Positions 20,419 through 32,001 of a DNA stretch of 64,000 nucleotides are shown one piece after another; position 1 is the first letter of the stretch, and every line of letters begins with the position of its first letter. This DNA is from Sedimentisphaerales bacterium (GTDB lineage Bacteria; Planctomycetota; Phycisphaerae; Sedimentisphaerales; SM23-30): positions 224,001 through 288,000 of the forward strand of contig CAXXFK010000020.1 of the NCBI GenBank assembly GCA_963663965.2, in the 5' to 3' direction. A program made the position numbers and the translations under genes. Under the pieces are notes generated by a model. That model did no database searches, was not told the DNA's origin, and saw nothing but the letters and a program-made list of their open reading frames with translations.

Positions 20419-23400
20419 ATGAAAAATCGCTATATCAATCTATGGACAACGCTAATACTGATGCTCGCGTTACCGGCGACCGCCTTATGGAGCTATTCCA
20501 TCACCAATATCAAAATGGTTCCCGGCTCTCCCGCATACCGGATACACAATGACAAAGTCAATCTGTCATTTGACTATTCCAATACCGGCCGGGATGATGT
20601 TCTGATATTTGTGGTACCCTATACCAAAGGAAGTTCAACGCCTGGACTGATTGACAGCCCTTCACCTTATTATCCCACTGGTTCCAGTTCCGGTACCGGA
20701 TGGTTCAGTGTCACCTATGGCAATACCACTGTCGATCAGGTGCGGGTTTATATGATGGATAGCGCAAAAACCAAAGTACTGGTCGATTATTATCTCGATG
20801 TCCAATATCATTTTGGCAACAATCTCTATAATATTCAGTTTAATCCTGCCTCACCCAATAAACTCAATCTGAGTGAAACCATTTATATCAGTTTTAACTA
20901 TGCCCTTTCAGAGTCGGATAATACCTATATTTTTGCCCGTCCCATGACTCGCGGCAGTTTGACGCCGGGTTATTCTGCCAGCGGCGGCTCTCCCGCGTCC
21001 ACCGGGTACGGCGCCGGTACCCAGGATTTTGAACTGCATGCCCCATGTGTGGTGGATGCCGTTTATTTCTACATCAGAAAACAATCCAATAACGAAATTA
21101 TCTATGAAAAAATTGTCCCGGTAAAATATCGCTACTGTGACGGTCAATGCATCTGGTACGTTAAAAGCAACGCCGCCGGCAACCAGACCGGAGGAAGTTG
21201 GGTCAATGCCTTTCGTCGTTTACAGGATGCTCTGGACGCCGCCGAATCCGGTGATATGATCTGGGTCGCGCAAGGCACTTATTATCCTGACGAAAATTTC
21301 GATAATCCCACCGGCAGCAATGACCGCTCGGTATCGTTTAATCTGAACAAAAACGTGTCAGTCTATGGCGGCTTCACCGGTACTGAATCTTCCCTGGATC
21401 AACGAAACTGGCAAGCCAATCCATCCATCCTCTCAGGTGAAATAGGCACCAGTGCCATCAGCGATAATAGCTTGCATGTTGTTTACAGCTCAAGCAATGC
21501 ATCGGCTCTACTGGATGGCTTTACTATTACCCGGGGTTATGCCGAAGGAACCAATCCCAACTACCTGGGGGGAGGGCTGCTCATCATGAATAGCGAACCC
21601 ACCGTACAAAATTGCCGCTTTGAATATAACCGGGCCGGCAGTGGCGGAGCCGTGGCAGACTGGTCCGCCAATGCATCCAATTTTATTAATTGCCAGTTTA
21701 TCGAAAATTCCTCCTCAGGCGCCGGCGGAGCGGTCAACATTAAGTATAGTGGACCAATTTTCCGGGGATGTACCTTCCTGGCCAATTCCAGCGATTCCGG
21801 TGGAGCCGTTTTCACCCTGAACAATCTTTCCCGGCCGATTTTCCAGAGTTGTTTATTCAACTACAATATTGCCGCCGGCAATGGTGGGGCCCTCTATAAC
21901 ACGGCTACGGACGGCAACAATGAATTTTCTCCCTTAATGGAAAATTGTACTATCGTCAATAATATGGCATCAAACCTGAGTGGGGGCATTTTCAATTCAG
22001 GCTCCTCCAGCACACCGGTTAACAGTTGCATCTTCTGGGACAACACCGATCCCGGCGGCAATGACCAGGACGCTCAGTTTTACGCCGATCATGTCCCGCA
22101 GGTAAAATACACTTGTATCCAGAATTATACCGGGGGATTCAGTGGCCCGGGTAATATCGACGATTTTCCATTGTTCGTTCTCCCCGAAGGACTGGATATG
22201 GTGCCTGGAACGGCCGATGACAATTTCCACCTGCTGCCCGGCTCACCTTGTATCGATACCGGCGATCCGGCGGTCAGTATGAACGATCCCGATGGCACCC
22301 GTAATGATATGGGCGCGTTCGGCGGCCCCTGGTCCGGCCTGACCGGCGGCTCCGGCGTCATTCCCGGCAGCGGCTATGTCTTTACGACCATTGGCAATCT
22401 CCCCTCAGCATTCATCACCCAGAGCGCCCTCAATCCATCCTACCTGCAGGGAACCGCCAATGTCTCCACCACCCAGGCGGCAAATTATCAGATCCCTCAA
22501 TATCAAAACTCTCCGTTCGGAGCCAAACTCTGGATTCATGGACTGTTTGGTGTTGATGATAATGTGACCCATTATAAAGTACAGGCCGGCCAGTGGGATG
22601 GCGCCACACCGCCAACGAATGCTGACTTTGTCGACATTACCGATAGTCTGTACAAGATATTTTATCTTTACAACATAATCACTGGAGAATGGATCCCGGT
22701 TTCAACCAAAGTTGGGCCCAATGTCGTGGAAGGCGTCTCGAATCTCTATACCTACACCGATACCGGTTTCTGGTCCCATCTCGATCTGCGCATGATCTGG
22801 AACACCGCGGCCCGGGCCAATGGCAAATACACATTGCGTATCAAAGGTTATCATGTAGAATCCGGTTCGGTGACGGATGTTACGCCGGCCAACGCCCAGG
22901 AACTGATTGTCCTGGTCGATAATTCACCGATGACCTGTGAACTCGAAGCGGTTAAATATGACCCGGCCAGTCCGTTCTGGACAGTTTCAACCGATGGCGA
23001 AATCCAGGAATGCGCGATTATTAACCTGGGTGATCCCCGCGAAAATCTGCGTTTCAAAATCACTGCCAGCCATCCCAACGGTTTCCTCCGGCAGTTCACC
23101 CTGGACGCCATCGCCGGCAAAAACAATCATCAGGGTACCATCGAGAGCAGCAGACGTATAACTTCGCCGACGGCCCCTACTGGCTGGGAGCCAGTGGTCA
23201 GCATTTCGATTCGGATGTCGCCACCTTCGAAGACTGGATCCGCTGTGCCTATCAATTCCGCCTGCGAACCTGGTCACGCGTGAACAATGGCTATTACTAC
23301 ATTTACTCCCGCGAATTCAATGACCACTATTTCATCGACCTGGGTGATGGCGGTTGTACGGCTGTGGATGTCAACAAGGATGGCGCCGTCCAATATCAGC

Positions 23401-23448
23401 GACATCTACCAGATCAGCCTGCACTGGCTGGAGGAATGCGGTAACTGA
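20419..23448 (+). pseudogene. Large secreted multidomain protein: beta-sandwich domains, right-handed beta-helix (GGA/GG repeats), unknown domain, C-terminal dockerin-like tag. Frameshifts near 23150 and 23390
   Basis: Signal peptide. G.SW.NAF..LQDAL, IWVAQGTY, N.A..GGA repeats, FHLLPGSPCIDTG, RNDMGAFGG. The shifted frame ends ...DVNKDGAVNISDIYQISLHWLEECGN-stop. Confidence 0.75.
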
Positions 23449-23483
23449 TTATAATTCAATTCTCTTCTTCTATATCACTATTG

Positions 23484-23514
23484 AGGCCGTGGGCAATGAT
23501 ACCCGCGGCCTTTT
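23484..23514 (+). terminator. Intrinsic terminator
   Basis: AGGCCGTGGG-CAATGATA-CCCGCGGCC-TTTT after the stop at 23448. Confidence 0.55.
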
Positions 23515-23811
23515 AGTAGGTAAGGCTTTCCAAAATATCAAAGGAATCTGCCCCAGTCTGGTAAAACCAGAAAATAATATCATAAACACACTGTTTAAAC
23601 CTTTTAAAGAGACCTGCTGACTACCTTTCTTTATAAATCACTTCCCAGACTCCAACAATCCATTCACCAATATCAACCGGCTCATATAACCACCGGATTT
23701 ATCAATTGAATTGATTGATCTCAACAGTGGAATTTCCTTCCCTATTTGATTACAATCTGTTGTAATCCGCTTACGGCCACAACACCGTCTAACAAAGGAA
23801 ATGCTCACACT

Positions 23812-24402
23812 ATGGAAAATTTCTGGCTCTGCTTCGTCCGTTATTTGTCTCCGTCGACGCCATCGGTGTCCTGCCCTATTTTATGACACTGACCGATGGA
23901 TTTGATAAAAAAATCATCGCCAAGGTCGTGATCCAATCGGTGATTACGGCTTCAGTCGTAACCCTGATATTTCTATTTTTCGGGCCGGCCCTGCTGGCAT
24001 TTATGGGAATTACCATTGAAGATTTCATGATCGCCGGTGGCATCCTGCTGGGTGTGCTGTCGCTGACGGATATCCTGACCGGCGAGAAAAAACGCCGCCA
24101 AACCGCTTCCGATTCCGAAAGCCTCGGCGTGGTCCCATTGGGTGTCCCGTTGCTTTCCGGCCCCGCCCTGATCACCACGACCATCTGATGGCCAATACCC
24201 ATGCAAAACCATTACCGGTTTCGCCGTCGTACTCAATCTGATGCTTGCCGGGATCATCCTGTCTGCCTCCCAACCGATCACTCGCCTCCTCGGCCGCACC
24301 GGCACCCGCGCACTCTCGCGCATCTCCTGCCTCCTGCTGACCGCCTTCGCGATCATGCTCATCCGTAAAGGCATCATGGGAATCATCGGCCAACAGTCAT
24401 AA
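23812..24402 (+). pseudogene. marC: MarC family integral membrane protein, frameshifted (near 23840 and 24185)
   Basis: VDAIG.LP.F, F.IAGGILL, VVPLGVPLLSGPA, LLG.TG...LSRI..LLL.AF across frames. Confidence 0.8.
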
Positions 24403-24473
24403 TTAGCACAGTCATTGTAATGCTGTTTCCTTATCTTATATTGGCATCGTTTCTCACAATCTTATTAAGCCGC

Positions 24474-24502
24474 TTGACATTTCTGCCTCGTTTCACTATA
24501 CT
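24474..24502 (+). promoter_or_regulatory. Sigma70-type promoter
   Basis: TTGACA-17 bp-TATACT upstream of the gene starting at 24668. Confidence 0.6.
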
Positions 24503-24667
24503 TGGTACATGGGCCATTCATAAAAACTCCGTACGTACCTGACTGGCAAAGGCAGAATTGCGTTGTTTTATGGATTGCTCCAATCTATCACTCCCGACCC
24601 CAATCCATTTAACTTCCTCCCTGCAATAACCCTTGATCTAAATCAACCCGATTCCCGGAGAAGTGAC

Positions 24668-27600
24668 ATGCCGTCTAAGTTCTTGTCCTATCAGAAATTA
24701 TTTGTTATCCTCGCCCTGGTAAACCTGACTTCCGCCGCGATTGATCCGGCCAATCCGCCAGAATCGATGCGGGTGACCGTCAACAAAGGATGGCCAGACC
24801 CGCACATTCAATCTGGACCGATATTCCGTACGTAGCAATAACTTTGAACTGGTCCTGATCGGTACCGATGGAACCACCAAAACCACCATCGATCCCGGCC
24901 CGGTCCGCACCTACCGCGGCTGGTGCGAAGAAGAGTCCGATAGTTATGTCGAGGCGATGCTCCTGCCCAATGGCGACTTGCGTTATCACGTTTTTCAAGG
25001 GCCAGGCATCCGACTGGTGGCAGACACCGCCCGGCGAAACCAATCCTAACGCGGCTCCTTCCAATAATTTTACCCTGATTAATGGCACGCCCAACCAGCC
25101 CGCCGGTACCCCGTACCCGGGCGCCGGCTTTGCTGCTCCGGCGGCCACTCTGGATTCCTTTTACCTGGATACCTATCAGGCCGATGTGGGTTTCGACCTG
25201 CTGGTGGAATATACCAATAAATTTCAATACAGCGACTGGGCTACCTACGGCGTCAAGGCCGAAGGCACAATCAGCCGCTTCAACGCCATTACCTTGCGCG
25301 ACATTCTCGGTGAATTCAAACTGGGCAAAGTCGTGATTCGCCAGAGTCAGGCCGGTCTGGATTACAGCAATACCCAATGGGGGATCAACTGGCCGCAACT
25401 CAATACCTGGTGGGAAACGCTCTTCCCCAACGACGACCATCACTTTGTCGGTCTGGTCGGCTCAGTCGGCGGCGGCGTGGCCTTTGTCTGCGATTATGGC
25501 GGCGCCAACTGGGCGGCGCGTTCATTTAATGGCTGGAGCAGGCGATGGCTCCTGGTGGCATGTCTGGCGTCACGAATGCGGCCATAACCTGGGCAGGCGG
25601 CGATTGTGTCGAGGGCTGTCCTGGTCCCGATGGCAGCACGATCAACAGCGGCAACAATCTCAATCTATCTCGTTTTTCCCATCCCGAAATCAACCAGATC
25701 ATGAATTGCCGCCGCCGTTCCGATCGCTATACCGTTCTGCGCAATCTGGGCGCCTATTCGTACCCGGTTCCCCCGTATGCCAATCTGGACCGGGTTTCCG
25801 CTAATGTCATGGAAGAAACCGTTCTGATCGATGTACTGGCCAACGATTATGACACCAATCGTGATACGATCGCGATTGCCGGTTTTGATGCCACCACTCC
25901 GGCCGGCGCTACCGTGATGCTGGGCGCGGGTCTGGGGCCCCGGTGGACGCGATCTGCTGGTTTACATCCCGGCGGGCAATACGCTCGGCCAGGATAAATT
26001 CACCTATTCCATCGTCAGATAGCACTGGACGCACCTCGCTGGGCAATATCGCCGTCACCCTGGATCTTTCCAACACCCTTAAAGGCTACTGGAAACTGGA
26101 TGAAACTACCGGAACCATAGCCGGCGATTCCGGTGTTTTTGACCATGATGGTATTCTGGAAGGCTCGGCATCCTTCGATAATAATACCACTACCGGTAAA
26201 TATGGCGGCGCCCTGCAACTGGATGGTGTGGATGAACACGTTAAAATTGATGACCTCAATCTTAATTCCAATACGGTAACCATTTCCGCCTGGATTAAAC
26301 GCGACTCTACGGTGAATCCCTGGAGCCCTATTCTGTTCAACCGGGCCGGGGGGCGCCTCCGGGCTCAATTTCGGTTTCCGGCGCCGAACTGCGCTATCAT
26401 TGGAATGACCAGAACTGGAGTTGGAACTCCGGCCTGACAGTTCCGGCCAATCAATGGGTCTTTGTCGCGCTGGTCGTAGAACCCGCCCGCGCGACCATCT
26501 ATCTCGATGATGGCGCCCAGTTACGTTTCCGCCGTTCGCTCTGCTACGCACGAACCCGCCTCTTTTATTGGCAGCAGTTATATCGGGCTGGACTCCAACA
26601 GTTCCAGTCGCCACTTCATGGGCGCGGTCGATGAAGTGCGTATCTATAATTCCGCTTTGACTCGAACACAAATCGAACGGATACGGGATGGCGGCCAGGC
26701 CGAAAGCCCCATGCCCTTCGATCAGGCCACCCAGATCGTCAAACCCATTCTGACCTGGGTCGGCGCCGCGCAAGCGACTGCCCATCATCTTTATCTGGGG
26801 CTCGATCCCGATGCCGTCGCCGGCGCTACCCCCGAATCGTCCGAATATCTCGGGGCAGTCACCACGCCCCGGTATGTCATCAAAAACATGCAGCCGCTGA
26901 CAACCTATTACTGGCGCATCGACGAACAGTCTGACACCGGCACCGTACCAGGGTCCGTATGGAGCTTTACCACTGCCGAAGAAATTGGCAGTGGGGCCTG
27001 GGCTCACTGGAAATTCAATGAAGGCTCCGGCAGCACTGCCTACGATTCTTCCGGCAATAACAGCCACGGCGCCATCACCGGCGCCGCCTGGACCACCGGT
27101 AAGCAGGACAAAGCGCTCTATTTCGATGGCAATGACAAAATCGAATTTGGTACCGGCCCGGCCCTGAAACGGTCTGACCGATTTCACCCTGAGCGCCTGG
27201 ATCAAAACCACCGCCACCCTCTACCGGCGTGATTGTCCAGCAACGTAACGGGGGCTTCAACGGTGAATACCAGCTGACTGTCAACAGTAGCGGTTATCTC
27301 ACCTTTATGCTCTTCGGCGATATGGGCTATCAGTTTAACTTTTCCTCCAATACCAAAGTCAACAATGGGCCAGTGGCATTTTGTCGTGGCCCGCCGCCAG
27401 GGGAATCTCGGCACCCTCTATATCGATAACCAGCTCCGCGGCTCGGCCAGTGGTACCGCGCGCAATCTGGCCGGTTATATCGGTGTCGGCGCCGGTGCCG
27501 ATATCCGCGATAATGTCGCCTATTTCCGGGGCGTAATGGACGATCTCCGCATATACGATTTCGCCTTGACCGAAACTGAATTATCCGAGTTGTATAACTA

Positions 27601-28067
27601 TTATTTCCAGGACCTGACCCCGCCCACTCCCAATCCAATCACCTGGGCTACCCCGCCAACCCCGGCAGCCACCCATGCGATTACCATGACTGCCGCGACG
27701 GCCACCGATCCCTCTGGTGTGGAATATTATTTCGATTGCGCCACACCCGGTTGTCACGACAGCGGCTGGCAGAATGATCCAACCTATACCGATATCGGCC
27801 TGCAAGTCAACACGGAATATTATTATAAAGTCCGGGCCCGAGATAAAAGCGCGGCCATGAATCAAACCGCTGACTCAGAAGCGGCCTCCGCCATCATTAT
27901 CCTGCTTGACGGTCAACAGGGACTATCCGACTGGCCCCGACTTCTCCCGGCAATGGCTGGATCAGGATTGCGGTTACTGCGGATGCACCGATCTGACCGA
28001 TGATGGCGCCGTCGATCTGGCCGATCTGGTCCTCTTCGCCGCTGGCTGGCTCAACACCCTGCCCTGA
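24668..28067 (+). pseudogene. Secreted metzincin-like metallopeptidase with Ig/cadherin-like domain, two LamG-like jellyrolls, Fn3-like domain and dockerin-like tag; multiple frameshifts
   Basis: Signal peptide. WRHECGHN zinc motif, IDVLANDYD, YWKLDE..G..A.DS, WKFNEGSG.TAYDS, F.G..DEVRIYN.AL, and C-terminal DLTDDGAVDLADLVLFAAGWL. Confidence 0.75.
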
Positions 28068-28085
28068 TCAATAAAACCCTCTCCG

Positions 28086-28968
28086 TTACTGAACGCCCAT
28101 CACCGGCTCTGGACAGGTCTGTTTTAAACAGACCTCGCGCCAGACCCGTACCCAGTCCACCTGCATGGTATTGCGTCTGGGATCATTCAGCGATTCCAGA
28201 TCCGGCAAGCCCTCCCAGGTAAATATTTCGGTATCGAAAAACAGGTACATCGTTTCAGTAAAGGCGCCGCCCGGTTCAACTTCAGCCACCTTCACACCAT
28301 CGTGATAAAACACCATCTCATCCGGGCCCTTCCACCACACACCATAGACATGCCAGGCATCAGCGGCCCCGCTGGGCATCCGCCATTGCCGGGGTGTTGC
28401 CCGGTCCTGCTTCCAGCCGCCCTTGAAATAATGGGTGTTCATCAACATCAGGTTGCCCCGCTCGGGCTGTTTCGCCGGACGGCCAATCTGCTCGACAATA
28501 TCGATTTCGCTGAACCGGCCCTGCAGCCAGAACGAACTGGTCATCGATAACGCCGAGGCTTTGATCCGGGCCTCATAATAACCATAACCTCCGCTCGGCC
28601 CCAGCGAACTGACACATGCCGCGGCCACCCAGATATCTTTCTCTGGATTCGCGACCGACGCCATATCACCAATCAGCGCCGTCGATTTTAAATACAGGAT
28701 CCCATCCCGCACGGCCACATTATTCGGATCGAACCGGCTGGGTTCGCGGCCCTGCCAGTATGGGATGCCGGGCCATCCACTTATTGGGATCGAGCCGTTC
28801 CCCACCAAATTCATCTGACAACCCTGGCGCCAACTGCCAGGCTTTACCATCTGTCAATTCCGGCAGCCAGGCCACTGTTGCATTGGGATCAGAGGCAGAC
28901 CATAAATTGACGCAAATCCCGGTTAACACGATACAAATAATAAAATGATTCTTTGTCATTACGACCAT
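28086..28968 (-). pseudogene. GH16 glycoside hydrolase (beta-porphyranase/agarase-like), frameshifted near 28770
   Basis: SDEF.G..LD..KW, GYYEARIKAS..SMTSSFW, catalytic EIDIVE, HVYGVWW, VDWVRVW. Confidence 0.8.
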
Positions 28969-29025
28969 AACGATCTGGTCTATCCATTTCTTGCCGGCGT
29001 TTCGCCCCCACCATATTTTTTACCC

Positions 29026-29054
29026 TTGACGCTTATTTATTGACCGGATACATT
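29026..29054 (+). promoter_or_regulatory. Sigma70-type promoter candidate
   Basis: TTGACG-17 bp-TACATT upstream of the sulfatase. Confidence 0.4.
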
Positions 29055-29112
29055 AAACCGTATCAATACGGATCGCCATTCAGACCCATTGCTTGATAAG
29101 AAAGGATCGATC

Positions 29113-30698
29113 ATGCACAGAAGACAATTCCTCAAAAAAGCGTTTGCCTCGTCCATCTCTCTTCCGTTTTTGACGGCCGGATGCCAAAGCATTTTTGCCG
29201 GCCCCTCCTCACGCAAACAGCCCAACATCCTGTTTATCTTCTCTGACGATCATGCCTTCCAGGCGATCGGGGCCTATCGATCCTGGCTGCAGGATTTTAT
29301 GAAAGAGCAGAACCTGACCCCCAATATCGATAAACTGGCCGAAGCCGGCGCCATTTTTGACAACAGCTTCTGCTGTAATTCCATCTGCGGCCCCAGCCGC
29401 GCCGTCATCCAAACCGGGGCTCACAGCCACATCAACGGCTTCAAAACCAACGAAAGACCCAATTTCGACGGCAGCCAGTGGACCTTCCCCAAGGTTATGC
29501 AGCAGGGCGGCTATCAGACCGCCATGCTCGGTAAATGGCATCTCGGTACCGATCCCACCGGATTCGATCACTGGGAAATCCTGCCCGGCCAGGGCCAGTA
29601 CTACAATCCCGACTTCATTACCAGTCAGGGCCGAAATCAAAAAACCGGCTACGCCACCGACCTGATTACCGATATGGCGATCGACTGGCTCGATCAGCGC
29701 GATCCGGAAAAACCCTTCCTGCTGATGTGTCAGCATAAAGCGCCCCACCGCAACTGGATGCCGCCGGAGCGCTATCTGAACCTGCTCGACAATGTCAAAA
29801 TACCCGAACCGGATAACCTCTTCGATGACTACTCCGGCCGGACCTCGTCGGCGGCCGATCAGGAGATGATGATCGATAAACACATGACTCTCAACTCCGA
29901 CCTGAAAGTCACCCCGCCAATCGCCGACAATCCCGGCAACATACCCGGGTTCCTCAAACGACTCACCGACGAACAGCGGGCCGCCTGGGAAGCGGCCTAT
30001 CAGCCGAAAAACGATATCTTCCGCGCTGCCAATCCGCAAGGTAAAGACCTGGTGCGCTGGAAATATCAGCGCTATATGAAAGACTACCTCCGCTGTATTA
30101 AAGCAGTGGATGACTCCGTCGGCAAACTGAGCCAATATCTCCAGGATAATAACCTCGCCGATAATACTGTGCTGATTTATTCATCCGACCAGGGCTTCTA
30201 CCTGGGCGAACACGGCTGGTTCGATAAGCGCTGGATGTACGAAGAATCGCTCCGCATGCCCTTCATCATTCGTTGGCCAGGCGTGATCAAAACCCGGTTC
30301 ACAGCCCCAACAGATGATCCAGAATATCGACTACGCGCCCACCTTCCTCGACATGGCCGGCCTGTGAGCCCGGCCCGTCGGTACAGGGGTGCTCCTTCCT
30401 GCCGATCCTTGAGGGTAAATCACCCCGCGATTGGCGCACGAGTATCTATTACCATTATTACGAATACCCCGCGCCACACCGCGTTCAGAAACATCGCGGT
30501 GTCCGCACAGAACGCTACACCCTCATACACTTTTATCCGGTGGATGAATGGGAACTCTACGACCTGAAAAAAGATCCTGAAGAAATGCACAGCGTCTACG
30601 ATGACCCGGCCTACGCCGGTATCAAAGACGCGCTCCTGATGGAACTTGAACGGCTTGAAAAAGTTTATAAAGTGCCGCCTCTGGAAAATAACCAATAA
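29113..30698 (+). pseudogene. Formylglycine-dependent sulfatase (S1, GlcNAc-6-sulfatase-like) with TAT signal; frameshifts near 30290-30420
   Basis: RRQFLK TAT motif, [17 protein letters not shown] (CxPxR), [22 protein letters not shown]. The C-terminus [12 protein letters not shown] lies in another frame. Confidence 0.85.
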
Positions 30699-30741
30699 AA
30701 AAACGAAAAGCAACTTTCGTTTCACCTACAGGACCGCCAAC

Positions 30742-31960
30742 ATGTTATTCCGCACCATGCCGAAAGATGACACCCGCATCTGAGTATTCTGGGGTTTGGC
30801 TGTATGCGCCTGCCCCAGAAAGAGGGCAAAATCGACGAACTGCGTTCAAAGGCCCTGGTCCGCGACGCCATCGACCGTGGTGTCAATTATATCGATACCG
30901 CCATGCCGTATCACATGGGTGAAAGCGAACCCTTTGTCGGCCGTACCTCTGGCCGATGGTTACCGTGATAAAGTCCAACTTGCCACCAAACTGCCGCCCT
31001 GGCTGGTCAAAGAGCCGGTCGATATGGACACCCTGCTCAACGCCCAGCTCCAGCGCCTGCAAACCGACCGGATCGATTACTATCTGATCCACGCCCTCTC
31101 GGGCGAAAGCTGGAACAAAATGAACAACCTGGGCGTGGGCCCGTTTCTGGACCGGGCCAAATCCGATGGCCGTATCCGGCGCGCGGGCTTTTCCTTCCAC
31201 GGTGTTAATCAGGACTTTATCCGAATTGTCGATAGCCACTCCTGGGACTTCTGCCAGATCCAGTACAACTACCTCGACACCGAATATCAGGCCGGACGCG
31301 CCGGATTGAACTACGCCTTCGATAAAGGCTTGGGTGTCATTATCATGGAACCGCTCCGCGGCGGTATGCTGGCCCACAAAGCCCCGCCCGCCGTCCGCCA
31401 GATCTGGGATCAGGCCCCCACACTCCGTTCCGAGGCGGCCTGGTCGCTGCGCTGGATCTGGAATCATCCCCAGGTCTGCGTGGTTTTATCCGGCATGTCT
31501 CACGAAGACCAGGTCGCTGAAAACCTGCAAATCGCCGACGAGGGCCACCCCGACTCCCTGACCGATGCCGAACTGCAATTGATTACCGAAGCCGGCAACC
31601 AGTATCGCCAACTCATGAAAATCGGCTGTACCGGCTGCGGCTTACTGCATGCCCTGTCCGGCCGGCGTTAATATCCCCATGTGCTTCGAGTTTTATAATT
31701 CATTGTTTTTGTTCGGCAACAGATCCGCCGAAAAAATCCGCTACACCTTTCGTACCGGCGGCGTTGCCAGCGGTGGCAAACCCTGCGGCGCCTCGCTCTG
31801 CGTCCAGTGCGGCAAATGCCTGGAACACTGCCCGCAAAACCTGGCCATCCCCGACCTCATGCAGCAGGTCAAAAAAGAATTCGGCGGCTTCGGCCAGGTC
31901 CTCCGTAAAACACTCGTCAACCTCTTCCTCTGGAACCAGCGCCGAAAAACCATCAAATAG
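30742..31960 (+). pseudogene. Aldo/keto reductase with C-terminal 4Fe-4S dicluster domain, frameshifted
   Basis: LGFGCMRLP, GVNYIDTA, LATKLP, QIQYNYLD, IMEPLRGG, CTGC.YC.PCP and C..CGKC...CP. Confidence 0.85.
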
Positions 31961-32001
31961 CGCTGATTAACACGGGGTTACAGGTGTCTCATTTATAATC
32001 A

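Noticed and set aside
26015..27217. 400-aa minus-strand ORF
   Set aside because: Antisense shadow of the LamG domains.
30700..30722. AAAACGAAA/TTTCGTTT hairpin as a terminator
   Set aside because: Weak AT-rich stem with no separate U tract; not supportable.
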